From: Eledone cirrhosa
Taxonomy: Eukaryota
NCBI GenBank assembly: GCA_964016885.1
Contig: OZ024752.1
Span: 14,446,001 to 14,510,000 of the forward strand
Length of the DNA: 64,000 bases
Direction: 5' to 3'
Shown here one piece after another: positions 33,096 to 56,052 of this stretch. Numbering within the stretch: the stretch's first letter is position 1; the number at the start of each line of letters is the position of its first letter. A program made the translations under genes and the position numbers. The notes under the pieces were generated by a model that was given only the letters and a program-made list of their open reading frames with translations, did no database searches and was not told the DNA's origin.

Positions 33096-34779
33096 ACACA
33101 GGCCTGGAGAGGGAGATGCCCCGCCGGGCTTAAAATGTCCAAGAAACGACGTATGTCAATACGGCGCCTCTACAACTCTATCAGGAGTTACTGGACTACA
33201 CCAATAGCATATGTTATAATGATGCAGCGATGTGGAATAGTCGTCAGGAAATTGGGTTGAGTATCTACAAAATTTCCTGTTTTATGGATGTGTGCGTATA
33301 ATTTATTCCATCATTAATTCAATGACCAATCAATGTACCAAAAGTTCGAAGTTACTTCCAGCTTTTTCTTTGGAAAAATAAAATTAATAGAAAACACTTC
33401 ACCATGAGTGTAGTTTACGAATAATGCAAAAATATAAATATATGCATAATGCATAAAATAACACATACAATGAATTACACATTGAAACATACATACATAA
33501 ACTCATAAACATATATATACACATATGTTTTTTGATGTACATATACACAAATAAGCAATTTAACTAAAAGAATTATATTACAGTTAAGATCCATGTGCCA
33601 ATCGATACAAAATTAATCATATGAAGGTTTAGAAATAAATTGAAAACTCACACAATTTTGTATTTATTGATCAATATGAAAGCAATGGCTTTTAACAAAA
33701 TGAATTTGAAATGGTATGGATGTCAACTCAAGCACTTCTCCTTGTCTTGCGATAAATAAGTCATTGATTACATATTCTTAAATCGATTGACATCATCATT
33801 ATTCGGAAAATCCGATTTCCAAACATGGGAATACAAGAACGTAAGTGATAAATGAATTAAGAAATATGTATGTTAAACTGTAAATAAATTCGTGTAAAAT
33901 TACATTGACATTAACATTTTTATAACACGAATGTATGCAAATTGTTGGAGTTGAAGGAAGTTGGTGTTCGACAAAAGAAACATGTTATAGGTGATACACA
34001 AAAAAATAATACAACTATTAGAATTGCATCAAATATGGGATCTACACAAGAAGCTATAGGAAATATAAGGTGAAATGAAAGCTATTTTTCTTAAAGATAG
34101 AATGCATTTGTTATATATGCATAGATGTATTCAGTATGTACATGTACATTTATCTATCTATCTATCTATCTATCTATCTCTATAAATATATAAATATATA
34201 CATATATATATGTGTGTTGTGTGTGTGTGTATTTGTGTGTATGTATAGATGTATGTATATATAATATATAAACTGTTGCCAACTTACAGAGCCTATTATA
34301 TCACTATTAATGTTTATATTCTTTGTGATAATTGCAGGTTTTTACAATATACCACACACCCCATCTTGAAATCTGCCAAGTAAACTGTTTCCAGTATTGA
34401 AGATTTCTTATCAGAAGACTGGAAATTTATATCTAGAACGATATATTTTTTAAATTGCATATTATTCCGCAGCATATACATTTGTAAGAAGTGAACAATA
34501 CATTAATTCATATTTATTACTTATTTACGGTTAACTAGGTTCCTATAATAGAAGGGTTGCAAGCATTCTTCGAGAAAAATACATTAAATTGATAACCCTT
34601 TTCAAGGGCGGTGGAAACATTTCTAAATTGAGGATTGGGTAAATTTGGTCAATCTAGTTGTAGAGATTAGATTAGCTCATTGCACTCTAGAATGGTCTGC
34701 AAATGCAATTTGAGTCCAGGCAAGTCATATTACATTTAAAGCGATAATAGCAAAATGGGTCTATGATATCAGTCTCTGA

Positions 34780-35130
34780 ATACACATACTAGCAATTGGC
34801 AGTACACATACTAGCAATTGGCAATACACATACTAGCAATGGCAATACACATACTAGCAATTGGCAATACACATACTAGCAATTGGCAATACACCTACTA
34901 GCAATTGGCAATACACATACTACCAATTGGCAATATACATACTACCAATTGGCAATACACCTACTAGTAATTGGCAATACACATACTACCAATTGGCAAT
35001 ACAGCTACTAGCAATTGGCAATCAACATACTAGCAATTGGCAATACAGCTACTAGTAATTGGCAATACACATACTACCAACTGGCAATACACCTACTAGC
35101 AATTGACAATACGCCTACTAGCAATTGGCA
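34780..35130 (+). repeat. 22-bp minisatellite, about 16 copies (ATACACATACTAGCAATTGGCA)
   Basis: Seen directly. Confidence 0.95.
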
Positions 35131-35605
35131 AATAGTGATATACAGAGATAAGTTATGACATGACAAAATAATTTACTATGTAGGTTATTACACTGTTATT
35201 ATCAAATATCAACCAAGATATTAAAAATATTTGATATGCGATAAACATAACATGTACATAAATTGTAGCGCATATACAAATAGATATGTGTTTTGGTAGT
35301 TTGGGGAGACAAATATAATTATTGAGGGGGCTCCCCAGTTCCACCGCCTCTGCTTTTGTCTTTATAGAAACGCGGCGTTTCTTGGTTGGAACACTTTAAA
35401 GAGATAATTTAAATAGAAAGATGTGGATGGATAAATGTAGAGCATCATTAAGAAAGATGGACGATAAAATAACAGGATACATGGTGATAGCTTGAGCAAC
35501 GTTGAGAAAGCAGGTGGATGGTCACGGTTGGAGTGCATGATATGGAAAGTAAAACCTAGAAAGTGATAGGGCAATATGTTGGGCACAGACTTTTACAAAC
35601 ATTTC

Positions 35606-36004
35606 GTGTGTGTGTGAATGTGTGTTTATATGTCCGTGTGTGTGTATGAGTGTGTATATATGTGCGTATGTGTATATTTGTGTGTGTATATGTGAGTGTA
35701 TATGTGTGTTTATATATGCGTATGTGTGTATGTGTGTGTGCGTATATGTGTGTGCGTATATGTGCGTGTGTGTTTATGTCGTGTGTGTATGTGCGTATGT
35801 GTATATGTGTGTGCGTGTATGTGTGTGTATATGTGCGTGTGTGTATGTGTGTGCGTATATGTGTGTGTGTTTATAATTGCGTGTGTGTTTATGTGTGTGT
35901 ATGTGCGTATGTGTATATGTGTGTGCGTGTATATGTGTGTATATGTGCGTGTGTGTGTGTTTATATGTGCATGTGCGTGTATATGTGTGTGTGTGTGTGT
36001 GTGT
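35606..36004. repeat. Degenerate (TG)n tract
   Basis: Seen directly. Confidence 0.9.
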
Positions 36005-36274
36005 ACGTATGAATAGAAGGCTGAGATTCTATTTATGTGATATATATAAGTATGATACAGGCAGAAGCTAACGATTAGCTATTGAGCGTAGTCACCAGAA
36101 ATACTGAAAACTATTCAATATATTCAAACATTAAAACAGCATATAAGAAAAATGTTTAAATCTGTCTATTTACTATCTAGATTGTGTCGCAGATATTTTT
36201 CTACAAGAAAATGAAAAAAATTCTGACTGAAGCAATCGACAACTTAATCAAATCGTCTCTTGTAATCAATAACA

Positions 36275-36900
36275 TTCTTCTTCTTCTTCTTCTTCTTCTT
36301 CTTCTTCTTCTTCTTTTCTTTTTCTTTTTCTTTTTTCTTTTTTTCTTCTTTTTCGTCTTTTTCTTCCTCTTTATCTTTTTCTTCTTTTATTTCTTCTTCT
36401 TCTTCTTCTTCTTCTTCTTCTTCTTCTTCTTCTTCTTCTTCTTCTTCTTCTGCCACTGTAAGTGTCGTGGGGGCAGAGTCCTCAAGCATTCCTTCCAGTT
36501 GGTCGTGCCAGAAGTAACTATCTCCAACTGATCCAGCTAGATCCCCAAGCGAGACTAGCCAAGCTCATGGATGTTATCCAACCAGCTTGTCGGGTCTAAC
36601 CCTCGATTTCCTGCCGGCTGTTTTTGCCAATAAAATCTGTCCAGCGATTCTTTCCTGAGATATTCTAAACACATCTGTCAATTCTGAGAATTAGCGGCTC
36701 TATCTGGAGTGACTCTCTGATCTCCGAGCTACGCACTCAATCAAGTAACGTTACTCCGAAGACCCTTCCATGAAATCCGCCGCAGATATTATTGCTGCAT
36801 GACCCATAGATATTTTATCAATCTCTGTTTATCGAACGATTATGTCAGGTGTCAGGCGACATAAACATATACACGAACACAAGCGTAAAGATAAACAACC
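36275..36900 (-). mobile_element. RTE-type LINE 3' remnant with (GAA)n tail
   Basis: Minus-strand SWLDNIHELG*SRLGI...NWKECLRTLPPR after a decayed GRK.RG.P motif; (CTT)n at 36275-36450. Confidence 0.6.
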
Positions 36901-37424
36901 GTCACATACCTTCAAGCTGTTGTTTCTAGCAGGTCGAATCTGTGCTGTATTGTTGTTCTCTATGTGACTTTTTTTATGACTTGTATCTTGTGTGAAGGCG
37001 CGTGGTTGTTTGAAAGTGTGGGTGTTTCTGTAACGGGCCAGTAATCAATATGGTTTTATTAATATTAATATACATTTACAAAACGAAGCTAAATAAAAAT
37101 CTACAAATATTGACTTTTAATATCTGAGATAAATATCTGCGTGGAATTAATTTGAGACTCAGGAGAAAATAGAAGTAGGATGCTACGAAAGAATTACACG
37201 TGTTTCGCAATGCGCCTGCTTAACAAATCGTCGAACCTAAAATTGAATTGCTAGTAATCGACTAAAGTTCCGTGCTAGCCATTTGCAAAACGTGTTATGT
37301 GTGATTACGAATAAAATATGTTTAACTGTAACATCGATCTCATTCGTAATGGAATCACGCTGCATTTTATGTCAATAACAAATAAATGTCGGTATTAAAC
37401 CACACTTATTTATACAGAATATAC

Positions 37425-37558
<134 letters not shown>

Positions 37559-37677
37559 GTTGTAATCTTATGTTAATTTTGTTCTTGAATTTGAACACTC
37601 CATGTGTAGGAGATACGTTTACGTCTAGTACGTGCCGTTATACTGAGGTCGGTTTCCCTCACTAGTAGAGTGTTATA

Positions 37678-38781
37678 TCTATAATATAAAGATGACGGCC
37701 GTATGTACGTAACAAACTTTTCGCCAAACGGCTGGACCAAACAACACCAAATTTGCACCATAGATGTAACTTTTCCAAGTAAAAAAGTGAATGTATTGTT
37801 GTCTACTGAATTTTGTTAAAAGATTAAAGACATTATTTAAATATTCACTTCTTTAAAATTTCCAATGTCAACACTTCCGGTTATACTACATTCCTCATTC
37901 TTTCTTAGTCTCTCATAGCTATGATGTCGCGCCCATATAATATGTCTCCGTATGTCTGGCTACCCTCGACGTCGCACAACATTCCTCTCTTTTTCTTAGT
38001 GTGTCTTTTTAGATAGATACATAACTATAACGTCGCGCCCTTATAACATGTCTCTGTATGTCTGGCTGTCTGCATTAGATAACGTTTTTCGAAATATTTA
38101 CTTCTGCGTTCACAAATTGATTTTTTTAAGTTTCAGAAGATCCCGTTAAAGTGAAAGCAGCGATTCTTTGCTTAACATTTAATCTGTTATTTTAATATAT
38201 ATATTCGTGTACAGATATTTTTGCATACACAAAAACAAAATATAAATAAACCTATTTATTTCACGAAAGCACAGACGGCTAATCGTCATTGTTACTGCCG
38301 ATATGCCACCCAAAAAGTCCCAGCCTGGCCGCAAGTTCAGATTTTCCAGAAGAAAAAATGTTACCAGAGCATGAGAGTCTGAAGATGATCATGAACGTCG
38401 CCTTCAGCAGATGAGAACTCAAGCGAGAGCCATTTGATCAGCCCAGTCTCGAGAGCAGCACTAGTATCGCCCTCAGCAACTGAGGTCCCGTGCAGAAGGC
38501 AGAAAAGCAACACAGACAGAACAAGCCAGATTGGAACAGGTGAGTTCACAAGCTGACTGCATCCTCATTGCATTACAGCATCAGTGTGTCATATAGGTCC
38601 TTGCAAAACTGAGTCCGATTTTTAACTATTGAAACCCAACATGAGAGCACGTTAACCCCCAACCCCCGTCCTCGGTGACTTGAAAGGGAGTGCGGTATCT
38701 TTGCACTAGAGTGGAGGGGGATTCCTGAATAGATAAAATGCCGGTATACCTAGACGGGCGCCAGCCGGACTGGCCAACTAG
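37678..38781 (+). mobile_element. Internally deleted Helitron
   Basis: A|TCTATAATATAAA start, decayed RepHel-like N-terminus MPPKKSQPGR...ESEDDHERRLQQMR (about 38303-38560), GC-rich hairpin then CTAG|T. Confidence 0.75.
38128..38180 (+). ncRNA. HHR-like motif, CAGAAGA family (decayed)
   Basis: Homologous to 53508-53559. Confidence 0.5.
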
Positions 38782-38830
38782 TTACAGATTATTAGGAACG
38801 AGTTGTTAGAATATTATCATGAAATTTATT

Positions 38831-38864
38831 CAGGTGACATGCGTTTCGCTGTTGATCAGCTCAT
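38831..38864 (-). ncRNA. Partial hammerhead motif
   Basis: ATGA-GCTG/CAGC-GAAA-CGCATG-TC on minus; 5' core and stem I lost. Confidence 0.45.
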
Positions 38865-38923
38865 GCGATTCGCTATCGATCGGGCTGACTCACTAATCAA
38901 ATGCTAGACTGACTCTTGGATCG

Positions 38924-39002
<79 letters not shown>

Positions 39003-39177
39003 AACTCGCAGTATCATAGGCTTGGCAGATATATGCACATATTTTCTTTTATTGGAATTTCTATATATACCTTGTCCTCACAATATTCAGCCATGTATAC
39101 ACACACACGCACAATCACACACACACATGCACACTTATACACACACGCACACACACAGACCCATAATCACTCACACA

Positions 39178-39212
<35 letters not shown>

Positions 39213-39797
39213 TTACATACACACACAACAACAACAACACAGCCTTGATACTTTCAATTAATTTCAAAAAGACTTGTGCTTCTTATACGGCTTTAGTATG
39301 GCTTTATCATGATGATACATTTCGCCTAAATTCTGTATGAAAGATTTTTAAATTTATTCCATAGCATATATACACCATTGCTAACATGTATACTTTAATC
39401 AATACCTTCACGTGTACATCATTTTCCTGCCGTTGATTTTATATTAATAATCATATAACGACATATTCTAAATTTAAATAAGCCAGACATGCTCTTTGAA
39501 AAACATATATCTCCCTAGCAAATCTTACGATCAAACGGTAAGCTTCCATTTCTATATTTTCATATATTCTTTTTGCATTACGTAAGTTCATTCATAGATT
39601 TTCAGATAAAACTTTCTCGTATTTTCTTCTCAAAAAATCTATTATATTATAGATCCGTAAATCCACCAACGGAAAGATAAAAGGAATCAAATAAATACTT
39701 ACATTTCCTATCCCCACACTTCTAGGCTATATCAAGCATTCTATCTGGAAATAGAATTCCATATTCACAGGTCTATTTCTGAGAGATGATGATGATG

Positions 39798-45072
<5,275 letters not shown>

Positions 45073-45703
45073 AACTCGGTACATCTACATATGTATACGT
45101 GTGTGTAATCATATGCATACTAGTATTTCAGTATACATATGTGGATGTACATTTTTAACTTAATTGTTTAAGCGTCAGTCATACAAAAGTGAGTTACAAA
45201 CGAAACGAAATTTAATTCCGTTTCGTTATTTGTTTTTATCGTCTCCGTTGAACCGGTACGTACTTACGCTCTATGCAAGTTAGTCTGCCCACTACTAATT
45301 TTCATAGAAAAAGCATATAACGATATGTGCTTTTACGATTCTCTAGAGAGGCCGGAAGATAGGTAAATATTGCTGATGAGATGTAACAACATCGAAACTA
45401 GTTCAATATTCCTTGTCTGGCTTTCTGGAGAATAGAGGAAAGGTGTTTCCTCAAAAACCTGTATGACTCTAAAAACCGGTTTGTCTGTGTGTTTACATAC
45501 AGAATAGCTGGACACTCACAGTAAAGTGATCAGTGAAAAACTCGGTACATCTACATATGTATACGTGTGTGTAATCATATGCATACTAGTATTTCAGTAT
45601 ACATATGTGGATGTACATTTTTAACTTAATTGCTTAAGCGTCAGTCATACAAAAGTGAGTTACAAACGAAACGAAATTTAATTCCGTTTCGTTATTTGTT
45701 TTT
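45073..45703 (+). mobile_element. HHR-bearing 466-nt unit with about 165-nt terminal redundancy (retrozyme or pseudo-LTR-like)
   Basis: 45073-45238 repeats at 45539-45703 (period 466); both ends abut (TA)n. Confidence 0.85.
45366..45410 (+). ncRNA. Type I minimal hammerhead ribozyme
   Basis: AATATTG-CTGATGA-GATGT/ACATC-GAAA-CTAG-TT-CAATATT; perfect stems I and II, palindromic stem III; cleavage predicted after 45403. Confidence 0.92.
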
Positions 45704-49035
<3,332 letters not shown>

Positions 49036-49042
49036 TATGTGT

Positions 49043-49658
<616 letters not shown>

Positions 49659-52600
49659 CAAAGGAGGAGAGCACAAGCACGGACCTGAAAGAAAATGAGA
49701 TGCCCTCCGCCACAGTCAGGGAGGGCAGGCCGGGCAAGCAAAGGGCAAAGGTGAAAAGCGAAATCACCTTCCGAAGGAGAACCAAGCGCAGAGGGACCAG
49801 TGGACAACTGTTCAAAGGAAGAACAGAAAGCACCGAGACACTGGGAGCAAAAAAAACAAGTAATGTGCAAGTTTTTCAAGAACGGGACATGCTAGCATGG
49901 AGAGACAAGGATGGGATGCAGATTCGCCCACCTTAGGTCTCAAACGAACTCTGCCCATCCTACTCGCGCAACATGCCCCAGCCAAAGCCGAAATAAGCCG
50001 CTCCAGAAATATGCTGATGTCGCGCGTGCTGCACCAACAAGGAGAAGGCACGCACATGCCGATGAGATACAGATGGCAGCAGCAGATCAGAACAATTTTT
50101 CAGTGATGGCAGAGAAGATTGTGGGACAGCTGACCTGGCTGCATCGTCTCCAGAGCCAGGGTCACAACACCAGCACTCGAGACCACCACAGTTAAGGGAC
50201 TCAGAGTGGCTGCCGCTGACACCAGACCAGGTGTCATATCGACAGCCATTACTGGCACTCCAAAAGTCACACCAGTGCTGCTGCTGAATGTCAGAGGCCT
50301 GGTGAAACTCAGTAATATGAGTAAAATGTCCTACCTGGGAGACTTAGCCATAAGCAATCAAGCATTATGCATGGCACTAACCGAAACGCACCTGACAAGC
50401 AGAATAGCAGATGCAGAAATACATAAACCGAAATATACTGTATTTCGTTCGGACAGGAAGGAGAGAACTCGTGGTGGGTTGCTCTGTATATCCATGAAGA
50501 TGTCACACCAATTGTACTATTGACACATTCAAACTCAGTCTGTGACACACTGATAGTACATATGAAGCAACTACAGACAGTAATATGTGTCACATATCGG
50601 CCGCCCGATGCCCCCAGTCATGAGGGTAAATTTGAGGGTAGCCTAAGTAGGATAGAAGATGTCCTTGACAAACTCGGTACATCTACATCTAACTGGAAAA
50701 AGATTAAGAGAGAAATCCGGAAGTAAACATGGAGTGAAAACACCGCCACACAAGACAGTAACACACAATTTCAACACTTCTTGACAACGATACACACTAT
50801 ATGCAAAAAGTTTGTCCCGGAGAAAAAGGCAAACAGACACAAAAATCTTATTCCCAGAGATAGGAAAATCCTTATGAGACGTAGAACCAAACTCTTAAAT
50901 AGTTGAATAGTCAACAAAACAAAAACAAGAAGGAATCCTATTTGAAATGTGCATTACTTGGCACCGAGATTGCACTCAAACTTTCCCATGAGAATGAGAG
51001 GGCAAAGAAAGAGAACAGGGCCATAGAAAACATTAAAACAAACCCTAAGGCCTTTTTTAAATTTGCAAAATAAACTGCCTCTGTACACTGCAAGATTGGG
51101 CCACTCTTCCATACGGACGGTTCATTAACAGAAAACCCCCGAGAGATATGTGAAATACTGAACGAACAGTACAAAAGTGTGTTCACATGTCCACTGAGGC
51201 ACATGCAAATAACGAAGCCAGAGGAGTTCTATGATGCCACAACACTACACGAAGAAATGGCAACCATCAACCACATAGACATAACGGAGGAGGATGTGGT
51301 ATACGCCATTGATGTAGAACAGACTCGGCTGCAGGAATTGATGGATTCCCAGCAGTTCTCTTAAAAATATGTAAGCGGGCCTTAGCAACTCCACTGAAGA
51401 TGCTCTTCAGAAGCTCCTTGGCTACCGGTGTACTACCCAGGGAGCTGAAAGAAGGCACAATATGCCCTATCCATAAAGGTGGTAGCAGAGCAGAGGCCAA
51501 AAATTATAGGCCATTCTCCCTGACGTCGCATATCAGTAAGGTCATGGAGCGAGTGGTCAGAAAGAAACCGATCACTTTCCTCGAGGAAAATGACCGCCTG
51601 ACTAGCACGAAACATGGCTTCCGCCCAGGAAGAAGCTGCCTTACACAGCTGCTACATCACTACGACTGGGTACTGAAACAACTACCAGACAGCTCACATG
51701 TGGACGTGATATATCTTGACTTTGCGAAGGCCTTTGACAAGGTCGACCACGGAATGAAATGTCACAAACTACACGGACTCGGCATAACTGGAAAAGTAGG
51801 TGAGTGGCTGCATGACTTCCTAAAGGGCAGAAGCCAGGCAGTCGCAGCAAATGGGGCCCTCTCAAAGGAAACACCAATAACAAGTGGGGTGCCCCAGGGG
51901 ACAGTCCTGGGACCACTACTGTTTTTGGTGGCTCTCTCAGACATGCCCTCTGTAGTACATACAACAACATCACTCACTAGCTATGCTGATGACACTAAGG
52001 TAGCATAGGCAATCAAAAACCCGGCTGACGCTGCCCTTTTACAGCAGGATCTGGATGCCATATACAAATGGGCGGAAGAAAACAACATGCAGTTTAATGC
52101 TGGCAAATTCCTAGCCCTACAATACAAACCTCCAAACAAACCTGCAAACACAAATATAGTACAACACAACTACACAGGACCAGGAGAGACCGATATCCCC
52201 ATGTCAAAATCGATACGAGACCTGGGCATAGACATGAGCGATGATGCATCTTTTTCTTCACACATCTTGAAAGTGGCGACAATGTGCAGACGACTCGCTG
52301 GCTGGATCTTGAGGACTTTCGGGACAAGAGATCGAAACACCACGTTAACACTATGGAGGACATTTGTCCTAAGCCCCCTGGACTACTGCTCCCAGTTGTG
52401 GTCACCCCATAGTTTCAAAATAACCACGGAGCTTGAAGCAATCCAGCGAAGCTACACCAAGAGGATTGCCAAGATGAGGGCGACAAGCTACTGGGAGAGG
52501 CTAAAGGAACTGAACCTCTACACCTTGGAACGAAGACGGGAGAGATACGCAGTGATCTACATGTGGAACATCCTGGAGGGACTGGCACCAAACTTTGGCA

Positions 52601-52980
52601 TTGGGAGCTGGACCAACCGTCAAACAGGACATCACTGTGTGGTGCCAAAGGTCCCGTCTTCCACATCTAGAATAAGGAGCAGGTATTGCAATAGCCTAGG
52701 ATTCAATGGCCCTCAACTCTTCAACAAGCTGCCGCGGGATTTGAGAGATTTGCATGACGTGGAGGTGGGTGTCTTCAAGAAACATCTCGACACCTTGTTA
52801 TCCAGGATCCCGGATGAGCCCACAGCAAGACACGAGGGAAACCTAAGGGCAGCAGCAAAAAACTCCCTCTTACACCAGTGGCCAACCTATACAGGCTGGA
52901 GATAAAATGTGTAGCAACAAGGGCGGTGCCCCAGCATGGTCTCAGCCGGATGGCTGAAACAGGTAAAAGAGTAAAAGAGT
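49659..52980 (+). mobile_element. CR1-type LINE, degraded (ORF1 remnant, partial APE endonuclease, RT)
   Basis: LLNVRGL...LTETHL, YRPP; HGFRPGRSCLTQL, YLDFAKAFDKV, GVPQGTVLGPLLF, YADD; 3' hairpin and (GTAAAAGA)2 tail; stops, frameshifts and an internal deletion near 50690. Confidence 0.92.
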
Positions 52981-53019
52981 ATATGTATATAAATATATAT
53001 TTATATGTGCGTGGTTTTG

Positions 53020-53664
53020 TTTACCTATGGTAAGTTTTTGCGTATGCTTGTGTATGTATGTATTTGCGTGTTTGTATTTATTTATTTCTATCACTTCTGT
53101 ATTGTATTTATTTACTTTGTTCTGTAGCGGAGATTCATTTGGTCTCCTAGTTAGAATTTTAGTCTACAACTTCTGCTATACCATTTACGTGGTTTTGTCT
53201 TTGCGTGCTATTGTTCTCCACGCTCCACATATGACGTATTATCTTCGTTTTTTCGTTCATTGCCAGAGAACGTCTCTATGCACCACCTAAGAGAACATTA
53301 GTCTACGACCTCTTTTATACCATAAACGTGGTTCTGTCTTTGCGCGTAATTGTTTTTCACCGCTCCTATTAATGACGTATTATATTCGTTTTTTTCCCGT
53401 TCTTAGCCAGCGAACGTTTCCACGAACCAACGTATCGTCTTCCTGTCTTCCCCCGGTTGCAACGCTTTTTGAAATATCCAGTTCTGCGTTTACAGATTGA
53501 CTTTGTTAGTTTCAGAAGATCCCATTAAGGGTGAAAGCAGCGATTCTTTGCTTAAACTTTATCTGTTATTTTAATAAATATTTGCTCTACGGTTCTTATA
53601 TATTTGATATATATTTATCCTTATCGAGCCCTCTTTGGATTTTAGTCTTCAAATTTATTATTAT

Positions 53665-53667
<3 letters not shown>
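53020..53667 (+). mobile_element. Pseudo-LTR-like repeat of the CAGAAGA-HHR family
   Basis: Internal approx. 139-bp duplication (53159-53430); 3' part homologous to 38080-38196 and 55795-56050; ends in (TA)n. Confidence 0.65.
53508..53559 (+). ncRNA. HHR-like motif with CAGAAGA core
   Basis: AGTTT-CAGAAGA-T-CCC/GGG-T-GAAA-GCAG/TTGC-TT-AAACT. Confidence 0.65.
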
Positions 53668-53719
<52 letters not shown>

Positions 53720-53721
<2 letters not shown>

Positions 53722-53932
53722 GGGTTACAACAAAACGGCTCCGAGCTTAATTGTCGCATTTGATGTTTGCCAAGCAACAAATTGTCCCACATCGAGTCTC
53801 TATGATATCAATCAATACCACATGAAACTTTGCTAGTTTATACAACTGTAGCCACCAATATTATTATAATATTCATTTAGGTTTTAATATTAAAATTATG
53901 TGAATTCAAGGAGTGCTTCTATGGTCACCCTG
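53720..53932. mobile_element. Tc1/mariner-type MITE, diverged
   Basis: CAGGGT...ACCCTG termini with imperfect approx. 23-bp TIRs; TA on the right flank, (TA)n on the left. Confidence 0.6.
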
Positions 53933-54197
53933 TATACAACGACAGATAGATATATAGAGAGAAGTGCATATATGCGTGTAATATGTATACACAGTTGAGA
54001 AAGTGAGGTTAGTTAAATAACTCAAAATGCTGAAGCGAATAAACTGGATAATTAAGTTAAGGGATGAGTATTGATTCCTGTATACAAAGCATGATTTAAT
54101 ATAATTTTAATTAACCTCTGATTCAGGGTTGATGAGAAAAAGAAACATTCGCCAGTAAATTATATTGAATTAAAAATTTATTGTGTAAGATCCTTTG

Positions 54198-54307
<110 letters not shown>

Positions 54308-54394
54308 AATATATATATATATATAAATACATATGTATATATATAAATACATATATATATTTAAATATATATACATATATTTATATATATATAC

Positions 54395-54425
<31 letters not shown>

Positions 54426-54952
54426 CATTTATACATATATATATATACATATATATATAAATACATATATATATATATACATATATATATACATATATAT
54501 ATAAATACAACTGCCTGACCCTGCAAATATCATTCTGACGCACTCTAATCATGTATAGATAAGACACGCGTGCATGCTACACGGGAGATTGTTTCATACA
54601 CTGACTACTCTAAACCTTCCTCTTGCATTATCTTCATAGACTGCCAACGCTTCATGTTTATCTTTATTTTCACTCTTATTTTCACTCTTGTTTTTATTTT
54701 ATTTTTATCCTGTAACCTTTATATGTAAATTGCCATGCTATATCATTTGATGAATGTCACCCGACTGTTGATCAATATGCGCATATGTTTTATGTGTCTC
54801 TTGGGTTGAAAAGGAGGTCAAGTATGTTATAAATAGTTGCTCCGAAGAATCCAAACCTCGGTTTGGAGGAAACAATTGTAAGCAAATAAATGACTTAAAC
54901 TGAACTTTGATTACTGTAATCTCTATATACATATATATATATTTATATATAT

Positions 54953-54997
<45 letters not shown>

Positions 54998-55038
54998 CAT
55001 TTATACATATTTATGCATATATATATATTTATATATAT

Positions 55039-55107
<69 letters not shown>

Positions 55108-55178
55108 CATTTATACATATATATACATATATATATATACATTTATACATATATATACATATATATATATTTATATAT

Positions 55179-55227
<49 letters not shown>

Positions 55228-55611
55228 CATATACATTTATACATATATATATATATATACATATATATATAAATACATATATATATATATACATATTTAT
55301 ATACATATATATATAAATACATATATATATATATATACATATATATACATATCTATATATACATATATATATATACATATATATTATACATATATATATA
55401 CATTTATTATTTATATATATAAATATATATAATATATATATATATATATATACACACTTATATATATATATACATATATATTATACATATATATATACAT
55501 TTATTATTTATATATATAAATATGTATATATATATATATATACACACTTATATATATATATATATATATATTTATTATTTATATATATATATATATATTT
55601 ATTATTAATAT

Positions 55612-55650
<39 letters not shown>

Positions 55651-55794
55651 CACACTGATATATATATTTATTATTTATATATATAAATATATATATATAC
55701 ACACTTATATATATATATATGTATCATTTATATATATAAATATATATATATATACATATATATATACACACTTATATATATATATATATTTATT

Positions 55795-56050
55795 ATTTAT
55801 TAAAATAACAGATTAAAGTTTAAGCAAAGAATCGCTGCTTTCACCCTTAACGGGATCTTCTGAAACAAAGTCAAAGATCCCGTTAAGCGTGAAAGCAGTG
55901 ATTCTTTGCTTAAATTTTAATCTGTTATTTTAATAAATATTTGCTCTACGGTTCTTATATATTTGATATATATTTTCCTTATCGAGCCCTCTTTGGATTT
56001 TAGTCTTCAATTTTATTATTATTATTTTAGTCTTCAATTTTATTATTATT
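55795..56050. mobile_element. Inverted pair of CAGAAGA-family pseudo-LTR fragments interrupting the RTE 3' end
   Basis: Minus copy 55795-55874 joined to plus copy 55874-56050. Confidence 0.8.
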
Positions 56051-56052
56051 AT

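Noticed and set aside
33825-34400. Possible host exons (ATG...GTAAGT at 33841; TTGCAG acceptor near 34338)
   Set aside because: The spliced frame hits a stop within about 10 codons; no recognisable protein.
34780-35130. 22-bp repeats as CRISPR or coding repeat
   Set aside because: Contiguous minisatellite without spacers; period is not a multiple of 3.
36184-36531. Poly-L/F and poly-E/K ORFs
   Set aside because: Translation of the (CTT)n LINE tail.
37193-37240. HHR-like TCGACGA...GAAACACGTGTA on minus
   Set aside because: Core altered and stems I/II do not pair convincingly; at most a decayed relic.
39590-39785. Additional PLE endonuclease remnant on minus
   Set aside because: Only vague similarity across several frameshifts; not supportable without a search.
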